Positions 62,341 through 64,000 of a DNA stretch of 64,000 bases are shown here, one piece after another (positions within the stretch are counted from its first letter, which is position 1; every line of letters begins with the position of its first letter). The notes beneath the pieces are model-generated. The model was not told the DNA's origin. It ran no database searches and worked only from the letters and a program-made list of their open reading frames with translations. This DNA comes from Geosiphon pyriformis uo1. Taxonomy: Eukaryota; Fungi; Glomeromycota. Location: NCBI GenBank assembly GCA_016748015.1, contig JAAOMT010000697.1, positions 1 to 64,000 of the forward strand, in the 5' to 3' direction. Made by a program: the position numbers and the translations under genes.

Positions 62341-63599
62341 CCTTCATTATTATCACTGAACCATTTCAGTTTTTGTTCCTTGGTGAGGTCAGAAAGTGCA
62401 ATATATTGTTCATAATTTAAGTCGGAGTTTGAATCTGAGTTGATATTGTTGTTATTGTTATTGCTATTTTGAATGGAGCTAGAACTGTTATTCTCATTGT
62501 TATCATTGTTGGAGTTTGAATTGAGATCAAATGGTGATTCCAACTCTGATGCACAGCTGCTAATTGGTTCTTCCTCTTCAGAGATCATGTAGATCATGCA
62601 TGGTGGTGGATTGTAAATAAGGTTACAATTGTCACAATATTCAAAGTCACTGAGAATTAAACAATGGTGACACAGTCTTGTATTCAACTGTGCTAGCCAT
62701 TGTTCTTGCTCTTCTCTAGTACGTGCCAAGTTTTGGTAGTGTTCATGGAACTCTTCTGGTTTCAGGAAATTTATAACTGGCTCTGCATTCCAGTTAAGCT
62801 TGATGGGTTCTGGTGAGTTGTTCTTGATCTCTCTGATTTTTTCAGGTGTTGCTTCTTCTATTTTGGTGATTGCCATTCTCCAAATTTTGTCGTTATCATG
62901 TGGACAACTGTCCAGTCACTGCATGGCTCTTCTCTAGGCTGCTTCTATTGGAGTTCTTTTCCTTATTCAGTTGTTTATTAGAATTGTGTATTGACATGAC
63001 ATGTCGCACGTTCCTCCATATCCTGGAATGTTGTTCTACATCTTTTCATCTAGCAGAGTCTCTCTACAAGCAAGACAAGGTTGGTTATCCCATTTTCCTT
63101 GCCTCTTTGGTCATTCAAAGTGTTCGAGTACACATGAACGACAGTAGAACTTTGTTGTGGTGTGGTATTCCTTATCGTCGCCACAGCATGTGCCCATTGA
63201 TGACAGTTTCTTGCCGCAATCGATGCATACAAGCCTTGGTCATTGATAATTGGATTGTTGTGGAGTAGAGTGGGTGTAGGAATTATAAATAGCAGTGGTT
63301 TGAATGGTTTCTTCTCTTTCTTTCCTTTTCCCTTTATCTTCTTTGTTTTCTTCTCATTCCTAGCTTGCAGTTGGTTCACTCTTGTCGTTGTCGGTCCATG
63401 TCAGGTCATTGGTTTCTCAGGTAAGTTCTTCTTTTTGTTTTCCTTTTCCATTATCATTGTCATCCTAAGAGAGTATGGGTGGCAGTTCGTTGTGCTCTTT
63501 GTCAGCCCATGATACTTGATAGGCTTCCCAAGTAGATTTTGGTTTCTCTTCCTCAAAGTCGATTAGTGGTGCAATGGTGTTGGTAGTCTTGAAGTGGCC

Positions 63600-63960
63600 A
63601 CATGTTGCTGATATGCACATGTGTTGTCTATTCTGGCTAAGTTGAAGCTTTTGTGTGTTCCAGTCTAGAGTGGCATTTGTCTTGGACAGCCAGTCATTAC
63701 CAACTAGAGCTTGGTATTGGGTGGCTTCCATGATGAGTACTTTGATTGGTACTATGATGCCATTAATTTTGATTGGTAAGTCATCAATTTTGCCAATTGG
63801 AGTCTTGGTTGCTTCATCAGCTGTGATGATTCTGGTGCTGGCAGCTCGATCAACTCGGTAACCTAATTGATCTATGAGTTGTCATGTGATGATGCTGCCT
63901 GCTGAACCACTGTTAAGAATTAGTTTGATGGGATGGCCATTAATTTTCGCATCAGTGTAC
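63600..63960 (-). pseudogene. Gypsy aspartic protease
   Basis: KLILNSGSAGSII (DSG with D>N) and ALVGNDWL. Confidence 0.85.
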
Positions 63961-64000
63961 ATGGTGATAATTGGCTTTTTTTCCAGTGTGGCTCTATTGA

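Larger units (their letters stand above)
57129..64000 (-). mobile_element. Ty3/Gypsy LTR retrotransposon (PR - Cys-rich - dUTPase - RT - RH - IN - ORF3 - PPT - LTR); 5' part outside the window
   Basis: Domain order PR-RT-RH-IN, with PPT and 3' LTR present. Confidence 0.96.

Overview
This is eukaryotic fungal DNA, most likely Glomeromycotina/Mucoromycota. That assignment is inferred from the intron-rich, AT-rich genes and the transposon families; a Geosiphon-like genome is my guess, not a demonstrated result. About three quarters of the window is nested, decaying retrotransposons. (i) An L1/Tad-like LINE family with ORF1 (RRM + CCHC) and ORF2 (APE-RT-RNase H-Zn finger) is present as one full-length copy at 14.6-21.5 kb plus truncated and degenerate copies. 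(ii) A Ty3/Gypsy family carries a dUTPase, a Cys-rich insert and an extra 3' ORF; there are six LTRs with two interchangeable U3 repeat modules. (iii) An ORF1-only non-autonomous element shares the LINE 3' end. TE copies range from young to almost pure AT through C>T/G>A transitions. Host genes are PEX11 (isolated at 12.8-13.9 kb) and a compact island at 38.8-53.6 kb: RPN3, a chromodomain-like + Nse5/SIMC1-like gene, a bacterial-type DinB gene, SHY1/SURF1, PRP24/SART3 and a MENTAL-like membrane protein. I found no rRNA, tRNA or CRISPR array. All homologies are from recognition of motifs by eye; no search was run.
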